A model generated the notes under the pieces. It was not told the origin of the DNA. It did not search any database and was given only the letters and a program-made list of their open reading frames with translations. Shown here piece after piece: positions 29,425 through 39,450 of a stretch of 64,000 bases of DNA (its first letter is position 1; the number at the start of each line of letters is the position of its first letter). Position numbers and translations under genes: made by a program. Source of the DNA: Planctomycetota bacterium (lineage in GTDB: Bacteria; Planctomycetota; JAJSAM01; JAJVHW01); contig CBDFJG010000001.1 in the NCBI GenBank assembly GCA_965248445.1, positions 32,001-96,000 of the forward strand, in the 5' to 3' direction.

Positions 29425-31128
29425 ATGTCACGGACCGATCGGCTCCTCGCGCGCGTACGGGCGCGCCTCGTGCTCGTGGGAGCGGCTACCGACCTCCAGC
29501 TCGGCCTCGTGGCCGCTGCGGCCGTCGTACTGCTCGCCGTGCTCGGCCGCGCGTTCGCCGTCGTGGTCCTCGACTGGTCCGTGATCGCGGCGATCGCCGT
29601 GATCGCGCTGGTCATGCTGCCGCTCATCGGCCTGATCCGCCGCCGCCGGTCGCCCGCCGCACTGGCCGCTCACGCGGACCGCGGGCTCGCTCTCTCCGAG
29701 CGCGTCTCCACGGCACTCTGGGCCGAGCGCAACGCCGACGTCGCCGGACCGCTGGCCAGCGAGGTTCGCCGCGACGCCGACGAGACGGCTGCAGAGATCG
29801 ACGGTGCGCACATCCGGCGGGCGTTCCAGCCGCGCCTCGAGCGGCGGCCTCTGCTGGCGGCCGCGATGCTCGTCGCAGTGACCGGCGCGCTGTTGTTCGT
29901 CGGACCGGGCGAGGCATCCGTGATCGAGTCCGGCGAGGACCGCGCCGCGCGTCTCGCCGACGAAGAGCGGATCGCGGACGTGGCACGCCGCATGGCACAG
30001 GCCGCGAAGCGCGTCGAGGACCTTGCCGGGGAGCGCAAGCAGGACGATCTCGCGAAACTCGCCGCCGAGATTGCGAAGCAGACACAGCGGATGTCCGCTG
30101 CCCCCCCACAGCGCCCGAAGGCGCTGCAGAAGTTGAATGAACTGGCCGATCAGGCCCGTGCGACGGCGCGCAAGCGCTCCGGCATGAAGACGCCGACCAC
30201 CGAAGCGGAGGCGCGCGAGGGCAACAAGCAGCTCGCCGATCTGCTCCGGAAGATGAGCGCCTCGGGACTCGAGAACCTGCAGAAGGACCTGAAGCAGCTC
30301 ACCGACCGGCTCGACGCCGGCGAGAAGGGCGACTCGCAGGTCAGTGCCGACGACATGCGCGCGATGGCCAACCGCCTCGATGCGCTGGCTCGCGCCATGA
30401 AGAACGCGGACGCGCTCGGCATGAAGGACCTGCGCGAGCAGCTGCAGTCGATCGGCAACGAGGACCTGCTGCGGAAGATCGCGGAGCGCATGCGCGAAAT
30501 CGCCTCGAAGATGGAGGCCGGCGAGGACTACCAGAATCTCGAGAGTCCCGACGCCAACGACCTGGACATGTCCCAGATGACGCGGGAGGAGCTCGAGGAG
30601 CTTCTCAAGCAGCTCGACGAACTCGCCAACATGGAAGACCTCGCCGAGATGCTCCGCCAGGGCAGCCGCGAGATGTCCGGCGGCCGGCGCATGCGCATCC
30701 CGCAGCCCGGTGGGACCTGAAGCGGCGGTGACGGTTCAGGCGGGACCTGAACAGGCGGCGGATCATCGTCGTGCAGTTCGTGCGGCGCAAGTGGAGCGGG
30801 AGCGGGCCAGGGCAGCGGTCAGGGATCGGGAGCCGGCAGTGGCGGCGGCATGGGCGGACCGGGCACCGGAAACGGCGGCACGGCCCCATTCTCAAACGAC
30901 AAGAACGGCACCAGTCCCGACACCATCCGTGGGCAACTCGATCCGACCGGGCGCATCTCGGTGACCACGTTCCGCGGCCTGCCGCGACCCGGTGAGATCA
31001 CCCCGGAGTTCCGGGCGGAGGTCGAGCGTGCGCGCGCCGATGCACAGGCTCCCTTGGAGTCCGAAGTCATCCCGCGCCGCTATCGCGACGGTATCCGACG
31101 CTACTTCGACGACCTCGAAGACGAGTAA
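29425..31128 (+). CDS. Membrane-anchored coiled-coil protein with a Gly/Ser/Cys linker; one 567-aa ORF if two in-frame TGA codons (30718, 30748) are recoded
   Basis: ORFs 29425-30720 and 30850-31128 share a frame. The link reads PGGT*SGGDGSGGT*TGGGSSSCSSCGASGAGAGQGSG. N-terminal ADRGLALSERVSTAL and C-terminal IPRRYRDGIRRYFD resemble the two ends of single proteins in MoxR/vWA operons. Confidence 0.7.
30734..30787 (+). promoter_or_regulatory. Two SECIS-like hairpins, one downstream of each in-frame UGA
   Basis: GTTCAGG-CGGGA-CCTGAAC (30734-30752, 7 Watson-Crick pairs) and CGTCGTGC-AGTTC-GTGCGGCG (30767-30787, 8 pairs including G-U). The loops start 21 and 25 nt after their UGA and have G at loop position 2. 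Confidence 0.45.
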
Positions 31129-31131
31129 CGA

Positions 31132-32778
31132 TTGAACGCCGTCTTCGAGCGGGACTACGTCGCGTTCAGTTCGTCCCTGCGATTCCTGCTCCTGCGCGGC
31201 GGATTCGCCGCAGCGATGGCGCTGCTGTTCTTCGTCCGCATAGCCGGCGCGTACTCGGGGAAGGACTGGAGTGACGTCGGCTCCACGTTGCTGACGACCG
31301 CCGTCGCGCTCGGCACCGTGCTGCTCGGCGTCGCGGCCCCCGCGTCGTTCGGCACCGTCTTCGTCCACGCACGCGCACGCAACAGCCTGCCGATCCTGCT
31401 TGCGTCCCCGCTGACGCCACTCGGCATCAGCGCCGGTGCGTTCCTCTCGCGCGCAGGACTCCTCGCGCTCCTCGTCCTGGCGGTTGCACCGCCGATGGCG
31501 CTGGCTCTCGTGTTCGGCGGAGTCCGCGGCGCTCAGCTCGTCGATGCGCTCTTCGCGGTCACGTCGACGATGCTGCTACTCGGGGCTCCGGCGTTCGTCA
31601 TCTCGGCGTACGCGCAACGCACTTCCTCGGCGGTCGTCACGGCGTATCTGATTGCGGTCTCCGTCCTCGCGGGCACATGGTTCATGGGAACCTGGATCAC
31701 GAAGGTGACGAGCGATGCCGCCCTCGCCGCCGCGGTCTCACCGCTGCACGCCTACGACGCGGCGATCTCGTTCGAGCGGCTGCCTCCGGCGGCTTTCGGA
31801 TTCTTGTCCGGTCCGTTCGTGCTGCTCGTGCTGTCCCTCTGCGTCGCTGCGGGCGCGATCTTCGTCGCCGCGTTGCGGCTGCGCCGCGAGGCAACCGGCG
31901 CCGTCTCGCGGACCGATCTCCTGACGCGCCGCCAGTGCCGTCCGCTCCGTCGCGAGAACCCGGTGCTCGACCACGAACTGCGACGGGGCAAGTTCCTGCG
32001 CCGCCGCAGCCCCGCGCACGGCCTGCTGGTACTCATGCTGCTCGCTGAAGTGGCGTTCTTCGCGTACGCGCGTTCGGCCGGGACATGGAGCGACATCAAC
32101 TCGCACCTCGGGCTGCTCGCGTTCGAGCTGTTCCTCCTCGTGCTGGCGGTCGCCGCCGCGGGCGCCACCGCGCTGGCACAAGACAAGGAGGCCAACACGC
32201 TCGAGTTGATGCGCGCGGCACCATTGACACCGGCGCAGGTCGTGGTCGGGAAGCTTGCCGGTGTCCTGCGCACCCTGCTGCCCTGTCTGCTGGTGCCGTT
32301 CGTGCATCTCCTGATCGCAGCCCACCACGGTGTGTTCTCGTGGCTGGCGGCACCCGCCGTGGCACTCACCGGCGTGGTCGCGCTCGGTGCGTGGGCGATC
32401 GCCGGGCTCCACCAGTCCCTCGAGCAACGGCTGCCCCGCCGGGCGGTCTCGCGCACCACGGCGCTCCTCGGCATCGTGGGAATCATCGGCGCCGTCACGC
32501 TCTACGGCCCCGCGTCGGGCCTGATGCGCGCCTTCGACGACTACATCGGCCTCTCGGCGTCCCTCGGCGCCAATCCCGTGGCCACGATGCTGCTGCCGGC
32601 CACACTGCTCCGGACCGGGGGATCGAGCGCGGAGATGACGGTCGTACCAGCTCCAGACGCCGAAAGCCTCGCGGCCGGTGCGATCGCCCTCGGCATCTGG
32701 TTGATGCTGCACCTCATCGCGGCATACTGGACGTACCGACGTCTGTTCGCGCTGTATCGCACGAGGTACGAGGGATGA
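31132..32778 (+). CDS. ABC-2-type permease (second)
   Basis: NAVFERDY start paralogous to the 27661 gene; ALAQDKEANTLELMRAAPLTPAQVVVGKLAG. Confidence 0.82.
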   Translation: MNAVFERDYVAFSSSLRFLLLRGGFAAAMALLFFVRIAGAYSGKDWSDVGSTLLTTAVALGTVLLGVAAPASFGTVFVHARARNSLPILLASPLTPLGISAGAFLSRAGLLALLVLAVAPPMALALVFGGVRGAQLVDALFAVTSTMLLLGAPAFVISAYAQRTSSAVVTAYLIAVSVLAGTWFMGTWITKVTSDAALAAAVSPLHAYDAAISFERLPPAAFGFLSGPFVLLVLSLCVAAGAIFVAALRLRREATGAVSRTDLLTRRQCRPLRRENPVLDHELRRGKFLRRRSPAHGLLVLMLLAEVAFFAYARSAGTWSDINSHLGLLAFELFLLVLAVAAAGATALAQDKEANTLELMRAAPLTPAQVVVGKLAGVLRTLLPCLLVPFVHLLIAAHHGVFSWLAAPAVALTGVVALGAWAIAGLHQSLEQRLPRRAVSRTTALLGIVGIIGAVTLYGPASGLMRAFDDYIGLSASLGANPVATMLLPATLLRTGGSSAEMTVVPAPDAESLAAGAIALGIWLMLHLIAAYWTYRRLFALYRTRYEG

Positions 32779-35690
32779 CCGGCCTGCTCGCGCTGTCCAT
32801 CGGATTGGGACGCCCGATCTGGCTCCTCGTCCTTTTGTTGGCGCCGCTGTTCGCGTGGTACGCGCTCCGGGGCTCCGGCGGGCTGTTCGGATCCGGCGGG
32901 CGCCGCCGCGCAGGTGACGTGGCCGCAGTCGCCGCACGATCCGTGCTGCTGCTCCTGGTCGCTCTCGCGCTTGCCCTTCCGACGATCCGCCGGGACGCAG
33001 CCTTCCGCGCCGTGGCGTACGTCCTGGACGTGAGCGAGAGCGTCCCGGAGGACGCTTCGGCCATCGGGCGCGAGTTCGTGCGCCGTAGCGCGGAGTTGCG
33101 TGGAGAGGACGACGACGCCGCGCTCATCGTGTTCGCGGACGGCGCCGCCGTCGAGGCACCGTTCACGCGCATCTCGTATTCCGAGCGGCTTGAGCCGATC
33201 CCGATCGACCCCGAGCACATCGCCTCCGTCGTCCCGCGCGGCGAGAGCGACATCGCCGGCGCGCTCCAGATCTCACGCGCGAGCTTCCCGCCCGGCGGCG
33301 CTCGCCGGATCGTGCTGGTGACGGACGGGAACGAGACGCGCGGCAGCGCGGTGGAGACCGTGCGCGACCTCGTCGACGGCGGCGCCGACGTGCAGGTCGT
33401 GCCGCTCCGATTCGAGCGCGAGCGCGACGTACTGGTCCAGAAACTGGTCGTCCCCGCCACCGTCGAGGAGCGCCAGCCCGCCCCCGTGCGCGCCGTGATC
33501 GAGAGCACGCACGCCGGCGTGGACGCGCAGGTGCGGTTCATCGTGGACGGCGAGGAGGTCTACTCGTCGAACGAGACGCTGCGTGAGGGCCGCAACGTCT
33601 ATGAGATGGGCTATCCGTTCGAGGGCCAGGGATATCACCGCGTAGAGGTGCGCGTCGATCCTGTGCTCGACGGCGATCCGCGCAACAACGTGGGGATGGC
33701 CGCAACGCGGGTGAGAAGCACCGGCCGCGTGCTGGTCGTCACGACCGCCGACTCATCCCACCTCGCGTCCGCTCTGAACGACGACCTCGACGTTCCCGTG
33801 GACGCAGCCGGCGTGGCCGCGCTCCCCGTCGCTGCGGGCGGCTACGTGGACTACGACTGCGTCGTGCTGGAGAACGTTCCGGCCTTCGCCATGAGCGCCA
33901 CACAGCGACGCGTGCTCGCGGCCGCCGTGCGCGACCTCGGTGTGGGCCTCGTCTGCATCGGCGGCAACGACTCCTACGGCCCCGGCGGCTACGCCGGCAC
34001 GCCGCTCGAAGAGGTCTTGCCGGTCTCGTGCGACATTCGGCAGAAGCGCGTGCTCCCGAGCGGCGCGCTCGTCGTGATCCTGCACACGTGCGAGTTCCCC
34101 GGCGGAAACACCGCTGCTCGGCAGATCACCGTCGCCGCGATGCAAGCGCTCTCGTCGAACGACGAGTTCGGCGTGCTTCTGTACACGGGAGTCGTGGAGT
34201 GGCTCATCCCGCTCGAGCGATTGGGCGACAAGCGCCGCCACATGTCGACGATCAAGAACGCAGCGCCGGCGGACATGCCGAGCTTCGACGACACGATGAT
34301 CAAGGCTGAGAAGGCGCTCGCCGAGTGCACGGCCGCGACCAAGCACATGATCATCATCTCGGACGGCGATCCGACGCCGCCGAACAAGAAGCTCGCCGCG
34401 CGCATCAAGGCGCAGCGCATCACCATGTCCACCGTGTGCGTCGATCCGCACATGCCCGAATCGAGCGCGGTGATGAAGAGGCTCTCGAGCGAGGCGGGCG
34501 GCCGGCACTACGACATCTCATCGAAGAACCTCTCGCGCCTCCCCCAGATCTTCATCAAGGAAGCCGTGACCGTCCGCCGCTCAGCCTGGCGCAACGAAGC
34601 GTTCACGCCGGCGCTCTCCGGCACTCACGTGATGTTGCGAGGCTTCAAGGACTCCGGCTTCCCGCAGCTGGGCGGCTACACCGTCACGTCCCTGAAGCCC
34701 CGCGCCGAGCAGCTGATGACCGCGCAGCACGACGATCCTCTGCTCGCCACCTGGCGGCACGGCCTCGGGGAGGTGACGGCGTGGACGTCGGACGCCGGCT
34801 CGGGACGCATGAAATGGGCCGGGCCGTGGCTCGGCTGGGGGGGCTACAGCCGGTTCTTCGGACAGATGGTGCGGGCGACCGCCCGTGCACTCGAGCGATC
34901 GACCGCACACGTCGTGGTGGACGTCGAGGGCGGCCGCGCGCACGTGGTTCTCGACGCCCTCACACCGGACGGGTCTTTCGAGAACGGCCTGCGGGTGACC
35001 GGGCTCGCCGTGCGACCGGACGGCGAGACGGTCGAGTTCGAGGTCGCGCAGTCCGGACCCGGCCGGTACGAGGGGCGGTTCCCCGCCAGCGACGTCGGCA
35101 CGTACGTCGCGTCGCTGCTGATCCGCTCGCCCGACGGCGACGCCGACGAGAAGCCCCGCCAAGCGCTGGCGGCGGCGTCCGTCGCCTACTCCGCCGAACA
35201 CCGCGCGCAGCGCTCGAACGAACGACTGTTCGCAATGCTCGAGACAGCGGGCGCGACCATCGTGGATCTCGACGCCGACGTCCCGGCAGACGGTGGCGAG
35301 ATCGCGGACCCCGCGCTCGCTCCTTGGTCCGGACCGTTGCTCTCGTCGGAGGAGCCGGTCCCACTGTGGCCGTGGATCGCTGCGCTCGCGGCGCTGGTGA
35401 TGGTCATCGACGTCGCCGTTCGGCGGCTGCGGCTCAAGCTGCCGCAGCGCATCAAGAAGACGGCCGAGGCCGCCAAGTCCCTGCCTGCAAAGGCGGCTCG
35501 GCTGTCCGAGCGGATGGCCCGGCCGGGCGGCGCCTACGTGCCACCGACCGAGACGTCGGCGGCGCAGGCTGCGGCACCCAGCGAGAAGAAACCGGATGCG
35601 ACCACGGAGAGCGGAACGGCACCGGCCAGCGGCCTGCTCTCCGCGAAGAAGAAGGCCAAGAAGAAGCAGTCGTGGGAGGAGAACCAGTGA
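32775..35690 (+). CDS. Large membrane vWA-domain protein with a GATase1-like domain
   Basis: YVLDVSES MIDAS, RRIVLVTDGNET, IGGNDSYGPGGYAGTPLEEVLPV, second vWA (IIISDGDP), DPLLATWRHGLGEVTAWTSD. Confidence 0.88.
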   Translation: MTGLLALSIGLGRPIWLLVLLLAPLFAWYALRGSGGLFGSGGRRRAGDVAAVAARSVLLLLVALALALPTIRRDAAFRAVAYVLDVSESVPEDASAIGREFVRRSAELRGEDDDAALIVFADGAAVEAPFTRISYSERLEPIPIDPEHIASVVPRGESDIAGALQISRASFPPGGARRIVLVTDGNETRGSAVETVRDLVDGGADVQVVPLRFERERDVLVQKLVVPATVEERQPAPVRAVIESTHAGVDAQVRFIVDGEEVYSSNETLREGRNVYEMGYPFEGQGYHRVEVRVDPVLDGDPRNNVGMAATRVRSTGRVLVVTTADSSHLASALNDDLDVPVDAAGVAALPVAAGGYVDYDCVVLENVPAFAMSATQRRVLAAAVRDLGVGLVCIGGNDSYGPGGYAGTPLEEVLPVSCDIRQKRVLPSGALVVILHTCEFPGGNTAARQITVAAMQALSSNDEFGVLLYTGVVEWLIPLERLGDKRRHMSTIKNAAPADMPSFDDTMIKAEKALAECTAATKHMIIISDGDPTPPNKKLAARIKAQRITMSTVCVDPHMPESSAVMKRLSSEAGGRHYDISSKNLSRLPQIFIKEAVTVRRSAWRNEAFTPALSGTHVMLRGFKDSGFPQLGGYTVTSLKPRAEQLMTAQHDDPLLATWRHGLGEVTAWTSDAGSGRMKWAGPWLGWGGYSRFFGQMVRATARALERSTAHVVVDVEGGRAHVVLDALTPDGSFENGLRVTGLAVRPDGETVEFEVAQSGPGRYEGRFPASDVGTYVASLLIRSPDGDADEKPRQALAAASVAYSAEHRAQRSNERLFAMLETAGATIVDLDADVPADGGEIADPALAPWSGPLLSSEEPVPLWPWIAALAALVMVIDVAVRRLRLKLPQRIKKTAEAAKSLPAKAARLSERMARPGGAYVPPTETSAAQAAAPSEKKPDATTESGTAPASGLLSAKKKAKKKQSWEENQ

Positions 35691-36709
35691 GCCCGATCGA
35701 GATGCCAGCGGATGCGCGTGAGCGTGCCGAGTTGTTCCGGGACCGCTACGGCACCGTCCGCGCCGAGGTCTCGAAGGTGATCGTCGGACAGGACGACGTG
35801 GTCGACACCGTCCTGCGCGCGTTCTTCGCCGGCGGCAACGTGCTGCTCGAAGGCGTACCCGGCCTCGGGAAGACCATGCTGGTGCGGACACTGTCCGAGG
35901 CGCTGCAACTGCGGTTCAAGCGAATTCAGTTCACGCCCGACCTGATGCCCGCGGACGTCGTCGGCACGACCATCGTGACCGAGGACGACGACGGGAAACG
36001 CGTGATGGTCTTCCGCAAGGGTCCGATCTTCGCCAACCTCGTGCTGGCGGACGAGATCAACCGCGCAACTCCCAAGACACAGAGCGCGCTGCTCGAGGCG
36101 ATGCAGGAACAGAGTGTCACGGTGGGCGGCGAGACGCGTCAACTCGAGAAGCCGTTCCTCGTCATCGCGACACAGAACCCGATCGACATGGAGGGCACGT
36201 ATCCCCTGCCGGAGGCGCAACTCGACCGATTCATGGTCAAGGTGCTCGTGGGATACGGCACACGGGAGGACCTGAACGAGGTCATCCGGCGCACAACCCG
36301 CGGGGACTTCCCGCGAGCCGCGAAGGTCATGGACGCCGGGGAGGTCGTGCAATGGCGCGACTTCGTCCGCGACGTCGCAGTGGCCCCGCACGTGGCCGAC
36401 TTCGCGACGCGTCTGGTCATCGCGACCCACCCGGGGTCGACGTACGCCCCGGACGAGGTGAACCACTACGTGCGGTTCGGGGCGTCGCCCCGCGGCGCGC
36501 AGGCGCTGATCCTCATGGCCAAGGTGCGCGCGCTCCTCGAGGGCCGATACAACGTCTCGTTCCGTGATGTAGCGCGCGAGGCGAACTCTGTCCTGCGCCA
36601 CCGGCTCATCCGCAACTTCGAGGCGGAGGCGGACGGCATCGAACAGGAGCAGATCGTGGCCGAGGTCGTTCGCGTGACGAAACAAGAAGACCAACTCGCC
36701 TCCGCCTAG
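35687..36709 (+). CDS. moxR: MoxR-family AAA+ ATPase
   Basis: LLEGVPGLGKT, RIQFTPDLMPAD, LADEINRATPKTQSALLEAMQE, ATQNPIDMEGTYPLPEAQLDRF, GASPRG. Confidence 0.95.
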   Translation: MSPIEMPADARERAELFRDRYGTVRAEVSKVIVGQDDVVDTVLRAFFAGGNVLLEGVPGLGKTMLVRTLSEALQLRFKRIQFTPDLMPADVVGTTIVTEDDDGKRVMVFRKGPIFANLVLADEINRATPKTQSALLEAMQEQSVTVGGETRQLEKPFLVIATQNPIDMEGTYPLPEAQLDRFMVKVLVGYGTREDLNEVIRRTTRGDFPRAAKVMDAGEVVQWRDFVRDVAVAPHVADFATRLVIATHPGSTYAPDEVNHYVRFGASPRGAQALILMAKVRALLEGRYNVSFRDVAREANSVLRHRLIRNFEAEADGIEQEQIVAEVVRVTKQEDQLASA

Positions 36710-36721
36710 CGAGCCCCGGTC

Positions 36722-37597
36722 ATGCCTCTTCTGGACCGCGACTTCCTGGCCCGGCTGGAGCGACTCGAGATCGTGTCGCGGCGGCTGCGTCGTGGATCCA
36801 CGCGCGGCGAGCGCCGATCGCTTCGCCGAGGGTCGTCCGTGGAGTTCGCGGATCACCGGCAGTACGGCGCCGGTGACGATCTTCGCTTCCTCGACTGGAA
36901 CCTCTACGCGCGCCTCGACCAGCTGATGACGAAGCTGTTCTACGACGAGGAGGACCTGCAGATCTTCCTGGTCGTCGATCGCAGCGCGTCGATGGAGTTC
37001 GGCGAACCCACGAAGGCGCTCGTGGCGAAACGGATCGCCGCGGCGCTCGGCTACGTCGCACTGCTCGGCCAGAACCGCGTGAACCTGTTTACCCCGGGCG
37101 AGGGCGGCGACGTCGAGGTCCGTCACCTGCGCGGGCGGATCGCCTCGCAACGACTGTTCGATGCGCTCGAGCGCGCCCCCGTGGGCGGCGCGGCCGGGCT
37201 GGACGACTCGCTCAAGCGGTACATCGGGACACGGCGGCCGCGCGGGGTGATCGTCCTCGTCTCCGACTTCCTCCACCCCGACGGCGCGTGGGAGCACCTG
37301 CGCGCGATCGTGCGAGGCGGGTTGGAGCCGTTCTGCGTCCGCGTGCTTGCCCCGCAGGAGGTCGAGCCCGATCTCGAGGGCGACCTGCGGCTGGTCGACG
37401 TCGAGGAACGCGGCGCGGTGGACGTCAGCATCTCCCCGTCACTGCTGGAGCGATATCACGCTGCGCGGCTCGACTATGACCGCCGGCTGGATCAGTTCTG
37501 CCGTAGCCGGCAAATCGTGCTGGCCGAGACGCACACCGACATGCCGATCGAGATCCTCGTGCTCGAGATTCTCCGGCGCAAGGGTCTGCTGCGGTGA
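36722..37597 (+). CDS. DUF58-family protein
   Basis: GSSVEFADHRQYGAGDDLRFLDWNLYAR, VDRSASM, LVSDF; follows moxR. Confidence 0.92.
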   Translation: MPLLDRDFLARLERLEIVSRRLRRGSTRGERRSLRRGSSVEFADHRQYGAGDDLRFLDWNLYARLDQLMTKLFYDEEDLQIFLVVDRSASMEFGEPTKALVAKRIAAALGYVALLGQNRVNLFTPGEGGDVEVRHLRGRIASQRLFDALERAPVGGAAGLDDSLKRYIGTRRPRGVIVLVSDFLHPDGAWEHLRAIVRGGLEPFCVRVLAPQEVEPDLEGDLRLVDVEERGAVDVSISPSLLERYHAARLDYDRRLDQFCRSRQIVLAETHTDMPIEILVLEILRRKGLLR

Positions 37598-39450
37598 GCC
37601 TCCTCTTCCCGCTCGGAATCGCCGCGCTCGGCGCACTCGTGCCGCTGATCGTCCTGTACATCCTCAAGCAACGGCGTGAGGACTACCCGATCTCCGCAGC
37701 GTTCCTGTGGCAGCACGCACTGGAGGATCTGCGCGCGTCGTCTCTGTTCCAGCGGTTGCGCACGCCGCTCCTCCTCTTCCTGCAGGCGCTCGCCGTGATC
37801 CTGTTCGCGCTGGCGGCAGCGGGCGCGTCGCTGGATCTCGACCTCGGCCGCGAACCGCGACGAACGATCCTGGTCATCGACCGCAGTGCGAGCATGCGCG
37901 CCACCGACGAGGACGGGGGTTCGCGATTCGAGGTCGCGATCGAACTCGCCCATGATGCCGTCAGCGGACTGCGCACCGGCGACGAGATGATGATCATCGC
38001 GTTCGACGATGAGGCGCAGGTGATCACATCGTTCCTGGACGAAGGGGACGTGCTCGACGACGCCCTTGACCGGCTCGAAGCGCGCGATCTGGCGAGCGAA
38101 CCCGTCGGCGCCTTGCGCCTTGCGGACTCGTTCGCACAGGCGTCTCCGGGGTTCAAGGCCGAGGCGATCGTCATCTCCGACGGTGCAGTCGAGGGCGAGT
38201 TACCGCTCCTCTCCTGCGAGACCCGCTTCGCGCGCGTTGGCAAAAGCGATGAGAACCAGGGCTTCGCCGACGTGCACCTGGAGCAGATGCCCGGCGAAGC
38301 CGCGCAGCTGTTCGTCAGGATCGTCAACGGTGACGACGCGCCCGTGTCGCGCAGCGTGCTCGTGCGTCGCAACGGAGAGGTCACCGACGCGCGCCAGGTG
38401 GATCTCCCCGCGAGCGGCGACGTCGCGACCTTCTTCGAGTTCGAAGAGCCCGAGGGGGACGAGGTCCAGATCCTCGAGGTCGCGCTGGACGGCGAGGACA
38501 TCCTCGCGAGTGACAACCGGGTTCGGCTGCTGCTCCGCCCGGCGGTGCCGAGGACCGGTGTTCTCGTCCGTCCGTCGAAGACCGTGTACCTCGATCCGCG
38601 CAAGCTGGAAGCGCTGCACCCGGGGCTCGCGATGATCGAGGCGACTCCCGACGACGCGGCAGGTCTTGTCGCCGCAGGCGGCGTGGATCTCGTGATCTAC
38701 GACGGAGTGTCGCCCGCCGTCATCCCCGAGGTCGCCGCGCAGATCTACATCGGTGCCCTGCCCCCGGACAGCGGTCTCATCTCCGTCGGCATGCTGGAAC
38801 TGCCCAGCGTCATCGATTGGGACCGCACGCACCCGGTGACGACGCGCTGTCAGTTCGACGACGTCTGGGTCCTCGAAGCGTCCGATCTGAGCGGCCATGA
38901 GCGCTCCCAGCCACTGGTCGAGACCACGGGTGACCCGCTCGTACTGCTCACACCCGTCCCGGGCCGCGAGGTCCTGGTGATCGCCTTCGATCCGTCGAGG
39001 TCGAACTTGCCGCTGAAGCTCGCCTGGCCACTCATGCTCGCCAACTCGCTCGACCATCTGTTGCGCGGCGTGCAACGCACGGGCGAGGAGCCACTGCACG
39101 AGACCGGTGCGCCGATCCACGACGATGAGCCGTTCACCGTTGTCGCTCCCGGAGGAGAGAAGCACGATTCGAAGCCGTCCCACGATGGGCGCGCCGTGTT
39201 TCGCGAGACCTACGACGCGGGCGTCTACTCGATGACGCGGGACGACGGCAGCGAGGACCTGCGGGCGTTCGCGTTGCTCAACGCCGCCGAGGTGCGGGTG
39301 CGGCCGCGCGAAGAGCTCGTGCTCGGAGGCGACAAGGTCGCGTCGGCCGGCGGCGGGCTGCGGCGCAACGTCCTGCTGCGCGATCCGCTGCTCCTGCTCG
39401 TCCTCGGCCTGCTGATCCTCGAGTGGGCGGTGTGGTGCGGCCGCCGCTAG
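37594..39450 (+). CDS. BatA-like N-terminus plus vWA-domain membrane protein
   Basis: LLFPLG....LVPLIVLYILK......S..FLW; VIDRSASM; C-terminal LLILEW. Confidence 0.88.
   Translation: MSLLFPLGIAALGALVPLIVLYILKQRREDYPISAAFLWQHALEDLRASSLFQRLRTPLLLFLQALAVILFALAAAGASLDLDLGREPRRTILVIDRSASMRATDEDGGSRFEVAIELAHDAVSGLRTGDEMMIIAFDDEAQVITSFLDEGDVLDDALDRLEARDLASEPVGALRLADSFAQASPGFKAEAIVISDGAVEGELPLLSCETRFARVGKSDENQGFADVHLEQMPGEAAQLFVRIVNGDDAPVSRSVLVRRNGEVTDARQVDLPASGDVATFFEFEEPEGDEVQILEVALDGEDILASDNRVRLLLRPAVPRTGVLVRPSKTVYLDPRKLEALHPGLAMIEATPDDAAGLVAAGGVDLVIYDGVSPAVIPEVAAQIYIGALPPDSGLISVGMLELPSVIDWDRTHPVTTRCQFDDVWVLEASDLSGHERSQPLVETTGDPLVLLTPVPGREVLVIAFDPSRSNLPLKLAWPLMLANSLDHLLRGVQRTGEEPLHETGAPIHDDEPFTVVAPGGEKHDSKPSHDGRAVFRETYDAGVYSMTRDDGSEDLRAFALLNAAEVRVRPREELVLGGDKVASAGGGLRRNVLLRDPLLLLVLGLLILEWAVWCGRR

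Noticed and set aside
30710..30995. Alternative short ORFs 30710-30964 and 30771-30995 bridging the gap
   Set aside because: Off-frame reads of the Gly/Ser linker with no recognisable features; the in-frame read-through explains the region better.
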